NCBI RefSeq assembly: GCF_001194135.2
Contig: NC_068989.1
Span: 41,006,367-41,039,737, forward strand
Direction of reading: 5' to 3'
Length of the DNA stretch: 33,371 nt
Source of the DNA: Octopus bimaculoides
Lineage: Eukaryota
The notes beneath the pieces were generated by a model. It searched no databases and had not been told where the DNA came from. It saw nothing but the letters and a program-made list of their open reading frames with translations. Of this stretch, positions 22,228 through 32,529 are shown piece after piece. Both the position numbers and the translations under genes were made by a program. How positions within the stretch are numbered: position 1 is the first letter of the stretch; every line of letters starts with the position of its first letter.

Positions 22228-23090
22228 ATTTTCTTTATTCCTTATGAAAAGGATACATAGAGGGGACAGACAAATACATATAGGGGACAGACAAACACAC
22301 TCTAACACAAGATTATAAACGAATGAATTTATGGATATGAATTTCGAATGATAGGAGTTAAAAATTAGATGTTAAATTCACACTATTTACAGGGTTCGGG
22401 TTAGTGAACTAACCCGCTGGTTGATTTACTTTCGGTAATTCTTTCTGTTCTTCTATGCCCGGACCGACCGTGTCAACACGGCTCCTTGCATTCTCGCTTT
22501 TCTTACTACTTCCGTCCATATTTTTCCAAATACATTTTACGGCAGGCTCCTCCTCTCCAGGCGGATCTTGCTAGAAAGGTGGGCGGTGAAGCAATCCACC
22601 AGCCCACGTCTGGAGATGAAATAGCCTGTCGCAATCCCTTTCACTCGCGTCTTCCATACTACGACTTTCAGTATGGTTATTACGCAGAGAAATACTGCCT
22701 TCTTTTCTCTAGAGAAAGAGGAAGGTGGTACAATCTTTATCGTGGACTCAGTCGAGAGCCGTACTTTTTCCACATCCGACATCAGCTGTTCGGCATAGGC
22801 TATCAACTCCTCACAATGTACGAAGGCGTGCGTGACCGTTTCAATGGCACGCCCGCACCTCGGACACGTGGGGGAGGTGTCATAACCATGCCTTGACAAC
22901 CTTTCCCGAACCGGTAAGGCTGATTGGTAGCACAACCAGATCAAGGATTTCTGGTAATTATCCAGAAATCTCGTCCCAAAGGTCCTTCCGAACAGGCAGG
23001 CTAGCTGCCTCTTATCGAAGCCTAGAGTCTTCCCCAGCGCATCATCGGACTTAAGCTCTACCAATCCGCTATATTTCTGTTCAACAAAAT
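22228..23090 (-). mobile_element. 5'-truncated L1/Tx1-clade LINE: ORF2 C-terminus (zf-RVT / CCHC knuckle) plus 3' UTR
   Basis: LDNYQKSLIWLCYQSALPVRERL..HG...TCPRCGRAIETVTHAFVHC gives the CxxC...HxxxxC knuckle. The frame continues past one stop to a TAG at about 22453. The 3' UTR ends in GTCCCCTCTATGTATCC...AATAAAGAAAA. Confidence 0.9.
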
Positions 23091-23926
23091 TATGGTTCAT
23101 GTTTTGGGTTTTTTTTTTTGCTTGTTTGTTTTTAATCCGCAACACATCGTTTACGAGCCACTGATAGATTTTGCCTGAGATCTTGTGTCACCTAGATTCT
23201 CCTATTTGTAGGAGACTATTTATTTTACAAGGACCAACTGGTCATATTTTTATTCATTTCTTTCATCTAATTAATTCACATCAACTTATTTTGTGTCGGT
23301 GTTATCTCTGTTGATTTTTGAATTTAGAATATTCTATTATAATTATGGTTTCCTCAGCTTTTGGTTATATATCATTTTGTATATTTTAGTAAAATAAATT
23401 CATTTGTCAATTCATGACTGTATCCATGTGTAGGAGATTATATTTGTATGATATTGGTTTTGAAAGTGTTTCCTGATAGTTTCATGATCATTCTATCCAG
23501 AAATTCAACCGGATCTAATTAGTAAGTTCGCTCTATCGTTTTGCATTACGTTTCCTACGCTTCCTGCGCTTTTTCTCCGCTCACTATTAAAATGTTGTGT
23601 TGTTTTTATTGTCTTACATTTTTAACATCATCTGTCGATTTAGTTTCACATTACATCAATATCCATTTTGATTTTCTTTTAGGTTTTTTGTTTCGTTTTG
23701 TTTTGGGATATTTTTTTTGATTTTTGGGAGTGTTTTTGTTTGTTTCCTGTGTAAGACTGTCAAATTTCCCTGGTTGATTTAATATTTTTATATTCCTAGT
23801 TCCAAGACTTAAGAACTTGTTTCTAACTTACAGAACAGCGCGCAATCAATAAGACAGCTGAAGAAGATTGGATTACAATAATCACCAGCTGCCTTATATA
23901 CTAAAGTTTCATCTCTTTTTGTCTAT

Positions 23927-23974
23927 AGTTAGTATCTGCATCAGTTAGTATCTGCATCAGTTAGTATCTGCATC
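23927..23974. repeat. Three exact tandem copies of the 16-mer AGTTAGTATCTGCATC
   Basis: Read directly at 23927, 23943 and 23959. Confidence 0.95.
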
Positions 23975-24394
23975 AATTGAAGGGAGGGAGCAACTTGCTT
24001 TCTTGCCAGTTTCCAATGTTATCTATGGTTACCTAAATGTGTTGTGAGAGAAAACTCGTAACGGGTGAACGGACAGTAGGAGAAGTCTCCAGAAGTAGAA
24101 CTCCCGTCAAACAAGTATTTCACTCCGTAAGTTCCTGACACTCTAAGGGAGCTGGGCCCACCTAAGTAGTGACTTCTAGGCGTCCTTCTGTTTTTATTTA
24201 AATGCCACCTTTAGTGAACTCGGAACATTTGGGTCACCTTATTGCTCGGCCACAAAGAAGACCACCGCAAGAATTTGCCCTGTTTCAAACTGGGTTTCCT
24301 TTTGCCTTTGTTTAATGGCTTATTTTATCAATCATTCCTTTTTGCCAATGATCACATTGAGCTCTTCTCAGATGGCTTTGACATGTGTTTCATT

Positions 24395-24660
24395 GTCGCT
24401 GTTATTTTGATTTGTTAGATTCTAAGCTGATCTCAAAAAAAAAACCCGTGCGGCAACATACACTGCCTTTACTGTACAACTGTATCCCTTCCCTTGTTAG
24501 GTCTCTCACAAGGTTATCGTATTTCCTCGTCTTGGATTGGTTTTGTTTCTCTACTCGGTTCTCATAAGGGATTGTGAGTTCAACCAAGTATATGATGAGA
24601 ACTCAATTCTTCCCATGATAACAGCCACATGTTCTTTTATGTCTGGAGAAGGCTCTGGAT
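24395..24660 (-). pseudogene. Restriction-like endonuclease (RLE) domain remnant of an R2-group (HERO-like) non-LTR element
   Basis: PDI...(L)VELTIPYENRVEKQNQSKTRKYDNLVRDL, and after a frameshift GYSCTVKAVYVAARVF. This matches the RLE pattern RPDI...ELTVPWE...K..KY..L...G...VEVGxRGF. Confidence 0.72.
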
Positions 24661-24900
24661 ATGCCACACATTGATATCTCATCAGCACCAATGGTTTTTA
24701 ATTTAGCTCATCTACTTTTGCTGACATCGATCCATTAGAGCAGTGTTTTCCAACGTGGAGCATGAGAAAATTGAGGTGGGGCGTGCGTTAACGTGGCTTG
24801 TGAAACTTTTTGCAAGTGACTTGAGCGTACACTTGTCGAGCCTAAGCCTACCTTTGGACTTTGAAATAAAAATAAAAACATCGCTATGCAATATATATTA

Positions 24901-25522
24901 CATAAAAAATGCGAGCATGAAAAGTCATATTCTTAAGATTATAAACCTGGAAAAGTACAGGACACATTATTACACCTGTAAAAGTATAGGATAAACTATT
25001 CTAGTAAAGTAAAGAATAAGAAATGTTTTACTTAAAATATTGCAGCAAAGAATGACAGTTCTTCTAATTTATCTCTCTTTACAGTTCTCATCCTTTAAAT
25101 ATATTGTGCAAAACTGTTCAACTAATTTGTAAGTTTGTCTAATTACTCTTTTACTTGTTTCATGCTGGAGCACCGCCTTTAGTCGAGCAAATCGACCCCA
25201 GGACTTATTCTTTAGAAGCCTAGTACTTATTCTATCGGTCTCTTTTGCCGAACCGCTAAGTCACTTTTTTCTATATTTAAGGTAGTAAATTAGCCAAAGT
25301 CTACTTAAATAAGTATAGTGCTATTTGTAAATTATAAAATAATAATTTTTAATATTCAAATTTTAATTTTAGCTGCAATATTTTAAGTAAAAAGTTTCTT
25401 ATTCTTTACTTTACTTAAAGTAATAGTTTGTCCTATACTTTTACAGGCGTAATAACTTGTCCTGTACTTTTCCAGGTTTATAATCTTAAGAATATAACTT
25501 TTCATGCTCGCATTTTTCCATG
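24901..25522. mobile_element. Foldback/MITE-like element with about 146-151-bp terminal inverted repeats and TA flanks
   Basis: Arms 24901-25046 and 25372-25522 are reverse complements at roughly 90% identity by eye. TA at 24899-24900 and 25523-25524. Confidence 0.85.
25145..25262 (-). mobile_element. SINE-C 3' fragment inside the foldback element
   Basis: TTTTACTTGTTTCATGCTGGAGCACCGCCTTTAGTCGAGCAAATCGACCCCAGGACTTATTC...TTTTGCCGAACCGCTAAG. Confidence 0.85.
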
Positions 25523-26514
25523 TATTCCATGATTTTTCCAGGCATTGCTGTTATAAGATAATTAATAATGTGTCAATTAATAATTTAAGATTTTACCTTA
25601 TAAAATACTGAAAGATAATATTTCAAATTTTTCATGTAAGTGATATAATATTTCAATTTTTTTCGTGTTTAATTTAAATATATGTTGTGATTGAATTATT
25701 CGAAACTACCTATCCACACCAAATTAGTGGCAGGGATTTTTACCATGTTTTTGGTTGCACCATGGCTCACCAAAAGTTACAAACAACAAGACCCCAAAAC
25801 CATCAGTTACCAGGCTCACCTTAAGTAACCTAATTTTGCAATATTAGGCGGTCGCAGGAATTCATTCAACGAAAAAAAATTTTCCAATGATTCTGGGATT
25901 GGGGGGGGGACCCCCTACTCATTTTTTCCGTACCAAAATAAGAGATTTGCAGCATAGGAGGTCAAGGTACTTGATTCCACGCAAAAAATCAAATTTTTTT
26001 TCTTAGTGAAAATCGTGCGGGTGTTAATATAGAAATGGACCATAATGTTGTTGTTATTTAGCCTCAAATAAACCCTGATACTGCAAACGTATCATCAAAG
26101 ACATTCTAGCCTACAACAAACCGTCGTTTTAGGAATAATCTAGGACATTACATACAATGGGTGTTTGATTTAGGTAGGGAGATACTTTGGCTGCTATTTT
26201 TAGCGTATCGAGCGGCCAGGTAGAGGCTCTTTTATTGGTTCGATTGCGTGATGAAATTTTTCTACACATATATATAACATGTATATATATCATCGGCAGA
26301 AGTTAGAGAGTAAGTCAAAAGGTGAGAGTCTTGTGTATTGGCACTTATCAAACACGAATTTGTCCTTTGTCACTCCGTAACTTCTGACAAAATAACTTCT
26401 AAAATACAGAATTTTGTCTAAAACGTTAAGAGTAAACCCTGTTCTGTGTGACACATTCTACCAGTATCGGAAGTTTGAAAGTGTTTGGTTAAAAAGATTT
26501 GATTAAATAATCTG

Positions 26515-26612
26515 TACGTCAAAGTCGACCTCGGCGAAATTTGAACTCAAAAACGTAAAGGCAGACAACGTATCGATAAGCATTTCACCTGGTGTGCCAA
26601 CTCGCCGCATTA
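26515..26612 (-). mobile_element. SINE-A head fragment
   Basis: CAAAGTCGACCTCGGCGAAATTTGAACTCAAAAACGTAAAG...CTCGCCGCATT. Confidence 0.8.
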
Positions 26613-27175
26613 GAAAGTAAGCATTGGTTTTAGAAATATATTCTTTATTCTTATAGCTGAAGCGTTACTCCCTTACTTTCTTACTTACTTGAAATTTCAT
26701 AACAATTTACCTCATAACTCTTCTAATAAATTTTCTGCAATGCGACTAGTGATTCTGAATTTCTGGTGCATTTTTCTATCATTTAAGCCTAAGAAAGGTA
26801 TTCTTTTAATGTAAAATGTAAAAGTTTATGTTAACTGAAGGTGAATAGGTACCTTACTGCCCTCCCTTGAGGTCGGAGATATTTTGATGTAACTTATTTT
26901 TCTACTGAACCAAATCTCAAACTATTTATGCCAAAGTGTAGCTGAGGAGGTGTCCGCTTTAAAATTGTTAACAGTTTGCAATTTAGTTGAGAACTGAATT
27001 AGTGGGGAAGCTTGGAAGCTGCTGCGATTGACGAAATCGTGGACTTAAGAAAATATTCAACCACCACCGTGGTTGAATGATACTTAAATCATGGGAATCA
27101 ATGTAGCTACGACCGATCAGCGTACCGAGTGAGGTATCTGCGTTTGTTTCTCTGTTTCAATATCTATTCTCCAGT

Positions 27176-27310
27176 CATATTCCGCCGATGTCAACTTTGC
27201 CTTTCATCCTTTCGAGGTCGATAAATTAAGTACCAGTTGCGTATTGGGGTCGATCTAATCGACTGGCCCCCTCCCCTAAAATTTCGGGCCTTGTGCCTAA
27301 AGTAGAAAAG
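27176..27310 (+). mobile_element. 5'-truncated SINE-A with 17-bp TSD
   Basis: AATATCTATTCTCCAGT at 27159-27175 and 27311-27327. Confidence 0.92.
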
Positions 27311-27468
27311 AATATCTATTCTCCAGTGTCAAGCGTTTATAAAAGCAGCAGTGAACTCCGCTCACTATTGCTGATTGATGTTTCGAATCCCTTTCTTTCT
27401 ACGCTGTACAAAATCGTTATCTCCAATCGCTTCATTGCTTTCTTTGATTTGTGTCAGCCCTTTTCAAA

Positions 27469-29207
27469 ATGAGTAAACAAAGCATGAAGAAGACTATATT
27501 CAATGGAGTTTTTAAAGTTTGGGTTTATTCCCGATGAGCAATAATGAGCGTAAGCCATTCAGCTTATGTCATCAGAAAATGAGTAATGAGTCAATGTAGG
27601 CAGGCAGGCTAAAAGCGCACTTGAGGATAAGACATCCCAACAATTCTAATTCATATTTGGAGTACTTCAAATCACCGAAAGAAAATTTTGAAAACTGAAC
27701 AAAACTCACTTCACTATTTGTTGTACAACACGCGCTCCACACTCGTGTCCTCGAAGCCAGCCATAAAATCTCCCTGCTTATAGCAAAACATGAAAAAAAT
27801 CACACTATTGGAGAGCAACTGATTAAACCAGCTATCTCAATATTCTTAAAAACTGTACAACGAAAATATGATAGAGATGTTGGAGGTCATGCCACTCAGA
27901 AATAACACTGTCTCCAACAGAATTGGTAAAATGGGGCAAGATGTTGAAAACCAGCTTATTGGGACATTAAAATAACGAAAATTCTCATTTCAAATGGATG
28001 AATTCACATTTCAGGACAGTGAGGCCCTGTTATTGACTTATGTGAGATATACTGAGCACGAGGCTTTTCAAGAAGAGATGTTGTTTTGCGAATCATTGGA
28101 AACAACCACAACTGCAAAGGACATCCACAGCAAACTTAAACATTATTTGGATGTAAACAAAATACCAAAAGAAAACTTACTGTCATGCGCAGAAGACGGT
28201 GCATCTGCTAAGATGGGCAAGAAAATGGGATGCTTAAAAATGATGACGGATGAAAATCCAAACATGTTGATTGTCCATTGCGTCATACACCGAGAAAACT
28301 TGGTTGCCAAGAAACTGTCCCCTGTTCTTAATGAGATTCTACGAGCTGTGATCAAGTGCGTCAACAGTATTAAAGCAAATCCCGAAGCCGAATGTCTTTT
28401 TAAGCAGTTTTGTGTAAATCAAAGTGCCGAGCATGGTCGATTATTGATTCATACGGGAGTAAGGTGTCTATCGAGTGGAAATAGCTTAAAAAGGTTCATG
28501 GAATTATTTGATCAACTTAACAACTTTCTCAGTGATAAATGGGAAATGAAAATGCTGTCAACAACGGATAGAAATGCATTTGTCAGTTATTTGACAGACA
28601 TCTTTGAGAAACTTGGAAACTCCAAGGTGCAAACATGATGCTTGCTGATGCGAAAGCAAAGATTTTGGATTCATTACAGTCCTCGAAATATGCCAAAAGA
28701 AATTTTATTCAGTTTTTCTGGTTGAGTAAATGTGAAATAATGAATGATGCTGCCACCGTAATTATTGACAATGTGAATGTCTTAATAAAGGACTCCAACG
28801 ACAGATTTTGTTATTTGAAGGTAATGAATTTATCCTCTTGATTAACTCAGCCACTGCTGTTTGACGTTTCTGATGCTGCAGTTCAATGCCAAGGAGATTT
28901 ATAAGAATTGCAACATGATGAATCAGTGAAGACTTTGTTTAAATTGAAAGGTAAAAATATGTGGCTATGTGACGAGATTGAAAGGAAATACGCAACACCA
29001 GCATCTACATCAGCAAGAGAACTATTGATTCATTTTCCTTCGTCTTATTTGGTCGAATGTGGATTCAGTGCGGTTGACAATTTGTGGGAACCCAAGAGAA
29101 ACAGGCTTCAAATTACAAAACGTGGCGATTTACGGCTGAAGTTAACGAAATTGTTTCTTCAAATCAAGGATATGTACCGTATACACCAGGAACAGGGTTC
29201 TCACTAA
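27469..29207 (+). pseudogene. hAT transposase pseudogene (BED-finger N-terminus; ZBED5/ZBED8/Buster-like)
   Basis: Fragments include degenerate SNESM..LKAHLR..H, QMDEFT, LLTYVRY, EEMLFCESLETTTTAKDI, DGASAKMG, IVHCVIHRENLVAK, HTGVRCLS, FPSSYLVECGFSAV, RLQITKRGDLRLKLT and the terminal QGSH*. Multiple stops and frameshifts. Confidence 0.93.
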
Positions 29208-29394
29208 ATGAGTCGAGGTATCCGTCGAGGTATCGTGTTACTATATTCAAAAAAATGTTGACGGGCACCAGATTTTTTGTTATTTTTAATAACAAAAAAT
29301 CTGGTGCCCATCAACATTGGGGCACCGGAAAAAAAGTTGGGAAACACTGCATTAGAATTTCGCGATCCTCCTATATATTTGTGTGTCTGACATT

Positions 29395-29444
29395 GTGTGT
29401 GTGTGTGAGTGTATGTGTCTTTCGCTGATGTGTGCGCGCGTCTT

Positions 29445-29505
<61 letters not shown>
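29395..29505. repeat. (TG)n microsatellite
   Basis: Long uninterrupted GT tract at about 29448-29504. Confidence 0.95.
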
Positions 29506-29507
<2 letters not shown>

Positions 29508-29705
29508 TACACAACCGATTGGCAAGCTGTGTTGGCTTGTTTACGACCCAGTAATTTCGCGGTTCGCCCAAAGAGACCGCTAGAATAAGTACCAGACTAA
29601 AACAAAAAGTACCGTTATTGGTTTTTTCGACTAAAAAAATCTTGAAGGTGATATCCCAGCATGGCTGCAGTCTAATGATCGAAACAAGCAAAGGATAGAA
29701 GATAA
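29505..29705 (+). mobile_element. SINE-C 3' half following a (TG)n tract
   Basis: GTTTACGACCCAGTAATTTCGCGGTTCG...AGAATAAGTACCAG...CCCAGCATGGCTGCAGTC...GAAACAAG. Confidence 0.75.
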
Positions 29706-29931
29706 CAGTTGTCACTTTTTACAATCTACAATAAAGAAATTTATTTTCTTTCATTCAAACAGCGTTTGCAATATTATTTGAAAGGTTTCTCCGTCTGCTT
29801 TACATACTAAATTCTATGTAACATCTGTTAAAATTAAGTGACTTGTAGCAAGTATAATGAACGCTTACAAGTAATTATATTTTCAAATATCATACGTCTG
29901 TGGTGGCTTCAAATGTCATGTTGATAATATT

Positions 29932-30059
29932 CTTTTCTTTTGGGGGACGGGGTAGTCGATTATATCGACCCCAGAACGCAACTGGTACTTAATTTATCGA
30001 TCCTGAAAGACAGACGAAATACCGCTAAACATTTCACCCGGCATGCTCGCCACCTTCTG
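29932..30059 (-). mobile_element. Internally deleted SINE-A with 13-bp TSD
   Basis: TGTTGATAATATT at 29919-29931 and 30060-30072. Head, partial core and tail are present. Confidence 0.85.
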
Positions 30060-31247
30060 TGTTGATAATATTATATACTGAAATTCTCTGGCTTGTTAGT
30101 CTCCAATGGTAGTTACACGCTTTCGTAATTGGCACTGAGTTTCTCTTAATATCCATATCCCTAGTGTATCAGCGCATTAGAACCACGTCTGGACACATTG
30201 CACATCAAGCCGGGTTGTTTAGTCCTTTCTTGTCTAAATTGAGTCCTGGATTATCAGGCCAAATACTTACTCGAGAATTTCAAAGGTGAGCACGCTGTCG
30301 AAGATAGGTGACAGCAGAATCCAACGAGTTACAATGCTTTCACTGCTTCCATTGCATGTCGATTATTTCGACCACCTGGGCAAAGGTAGGTATCACAAAA
30401 ACCAGCAGTCGAACGAAACCTTGATCCAGGGTTAAAGCGTATTTATCTCACAAATAAGACATCAATTTCAGATTCAATAAAAAATCCAATTCAAAATTAT
30501 ATTGAACACTTTAATGCGTTCTACCACAAAATAAAAAATAAATCGTGTGTGTGTAAAATGACAGTCTACTCTGAGTTAATTGAGCTGTTCACGACAGTGG
30601 AGACAAGAGAGAAATCTGGAGTTTATATAGGGTTTAGTTAAATTTAGGTATTGCAGCGTGTCTAAGGTGTGAACAGTGTGATGAAGTAGGGGACGATGGT
30701 TGTTTTCAGCAGGTAATGATATACAATGAAGCTAAAACTAAACAATTAGTCTACTAAACTATTCTATTATAACTGAATATCTTTTCTTCGTTGGAAATTA
30801 TTTAGCGATGGTTGAACAAAAGACCTTTGAACTTTTGCTCAGTTGAAAGTTCGAAAGTCAGGCTAGAGCTTGCTAAAACGAAGTTTATAATGTATTGTAC
30901 CTAAATTTGTGTTATTTCAGTTCTTAGAATAGATTTTACTCAAATTTGCTAGTCTAGGTGTCCAAAGGTCAGTTATAAGTTTAAATAGAGATATGGGTAT
31001 TGTAAATATCTTAAAATTCAATAAGGTGGAAGGTTGCTCCAATTTCAGCTTAGTTTCTTATTGTGGTCAATAGTAGTCGAAAGAAATTAATTGAATTAGA
31101 AGTAGGAAGTAAACAACTGAAGAAATACAAACGTGTGAGTATGAAATATTATATAGAAAGTGAGAGCCAGAAAATAATTAGGATAATGCTATAGTTATAT
31201 ATATATATATAATACATGCATACAACTATAAATACATAATCTATCTA

Positions 31248-32528
31248 TTAGGTTGGCAACTAAGTTCCCGCTGGGTTTTTTTAATTTTAATTTCTTAAAA
31301 GATTTAATAAAAAATAACAACTAATTAATCAATAATGTATTAACCCTTGTTCTTTACAACTTCTTCCCAACTTTCAACAAGATTTTCAATACCTCGTTGG
31401 TAGAAATCACCCGATTTTGACTTCCACGCATAGTATTTGAAAGAGATCGAAAGAGGTGGAAATCCGTTGGTGCCAAATCAGGAGAGTACGGCGGGTGTGG
31501 CAGCACTTCCCAGCCATGCGTTTGAATGGCTTCCATGGTCATATTGGCGATATGAGGGCGGGCGTTGTCGTGCAGCAGAAGAACTCCATGCGGCCGATTA
31601 GGTCTTTTCTCTTGAATAGCCGTGGTGAGTTGTTCCATCTGTTGAACATAGAGTTCTGTGTTGACCGTTTGGTTCCGTTCAAGCAATTCGTAATGGATAA
31701 GTCCTTCTCAGTCCCACCATACGCACAACATCGTTTTACGCGGATGAAGATCTTGTTTCACGCGCGGTGTCGCTTGTTTACCGGGGCTAAGTAATTCCTT
31801 ACGCTGCTTCACAGGCACCATTTTTCGTCGCCAATAACGATTCGGCAGAGAAATCGTTGCTTGTGTCCATGAGTTGAGTGGTGACGAACAAGCAAACCAT
31901 CGGAGATTGAGGCTCGTTGATTTTGTTGACGTCACTTAAAGCATGCAGAACCCATGCACCATACTTCTGAACCTTTCCCATCGAGTGAAGATGTTTCTCT
32001 ATAGCAGTGTGGGAGCATTCCATTTTCTCTGCCAGTTCCCTTGTCGTTTGACGAGCATTTTGGTGAANNNNNNNNNNAAGATGTTTCTCTATAGCAGTGT
32101 GGGAGCATTCCATTTTCTCTGCCAGTTCCCTTGTCGTTTGACGAGCATTTTGGTGAAAAAGTCAGTTTAATCGCTTTTCATCGAACTCAACTGGACGGCC
32201 AGTTGAGGTCAAAATTTTCATTTTTGAACTTGGCATACCAATCACGAACGGTTCTTTCAGCTATGGAACCCTCTCCAAACACAGCACAAATGTCTCGAGC
32301 AGCTTTTGGGCCTTAGAACCTTGATTAAAAGCACAAAGAAGGAGTTGTCGAAAATGCTCGTTTTTCTTAACTTGACATTCCATTTTAATGATCTGAAAAT
32401 AAACAAAAATTAACTAAAATTAACTAGAAAAACAAACCAAATAGATTCAAAATGATTCAAAAATAAAATTCTCGAAAAAATAGATTCCAAAATTTTAAAA
32501 AACGGCGGGAACTTAGTTGCCAACCCAG
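31248..32528 (-). mobile_element. Full-length DD34D mariner with TIRs and TA TSD; transposase (31325-32383) is a pseudogene
   Basis: TIRs TTAGGTTGGCAACTAAGTTCCCGC / GCGGGAACTTAGTTGCCAACCCAG with TA at 31246-31247 and 32529-32530. Protein motifs are MECQVKKNEHFR, GAWVLHALS, MLCVWWD, LLHDNARPH and HPPYSPDLAPTD, with exactly 34 residues between D and D. Frameshifts and a deletion before the C-terminus are present. Confidence 0.95.
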
Positions 32529-32529
32529 T

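Larger units (their letters stand above)
24741..29349 (+). mobile_element. Buster/Charlie-type hAT DNA transposon with nested insertions
   Basis: Left TIR CAGTGTTTTCCAAC (24741-24754) and right TIR GTTGGGAAACACTG (29336-29349) match at 13/14. Flanking 8-mers are CATTAGAG (24733-24740) and CATTAGAA (29350-29357), a 7/8 match with the central TA of the Buster-type TSD. Confidence 0.78.

Noticed and set aside
23200-23700. Possible Penelope RT relic on the minus strand (VEFLDRMIMKLSGNTFKTNI)
   Set aside because: Only one weak motif was seen and no YxDD or thumb motif could be confirmed, so it is too degenerate to call.
23846-23890. CTGAAGA followed by a GATT/AATC stem, hammerhead-like
   Set aside because: There is no GAAA or NUH downstream, so the core is incomplete.
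27055-27078. 10-bp stem hairpin ATTCAACCAC-CACC-GTGGTTGAAT
   Set aside because: It is short and isolated, with no U-tract or known RNA context, and is plausible by chance in 33 kb.
29371-29715. ORFs rich in TH/CV/VC repeats (also 18450-18776, 32517-32814 and 5520-5916)
   Set aside because: These are translations of (TG)n, (CA)n and (TA)n microsatellites.
31988-32157. Exact 80-bp direct duplication within the mariner
   Set aside because: The two copies sit on either side of a 10-N gap, which is typical of an unmerged contig overlap. It is probably an assembly artefact.
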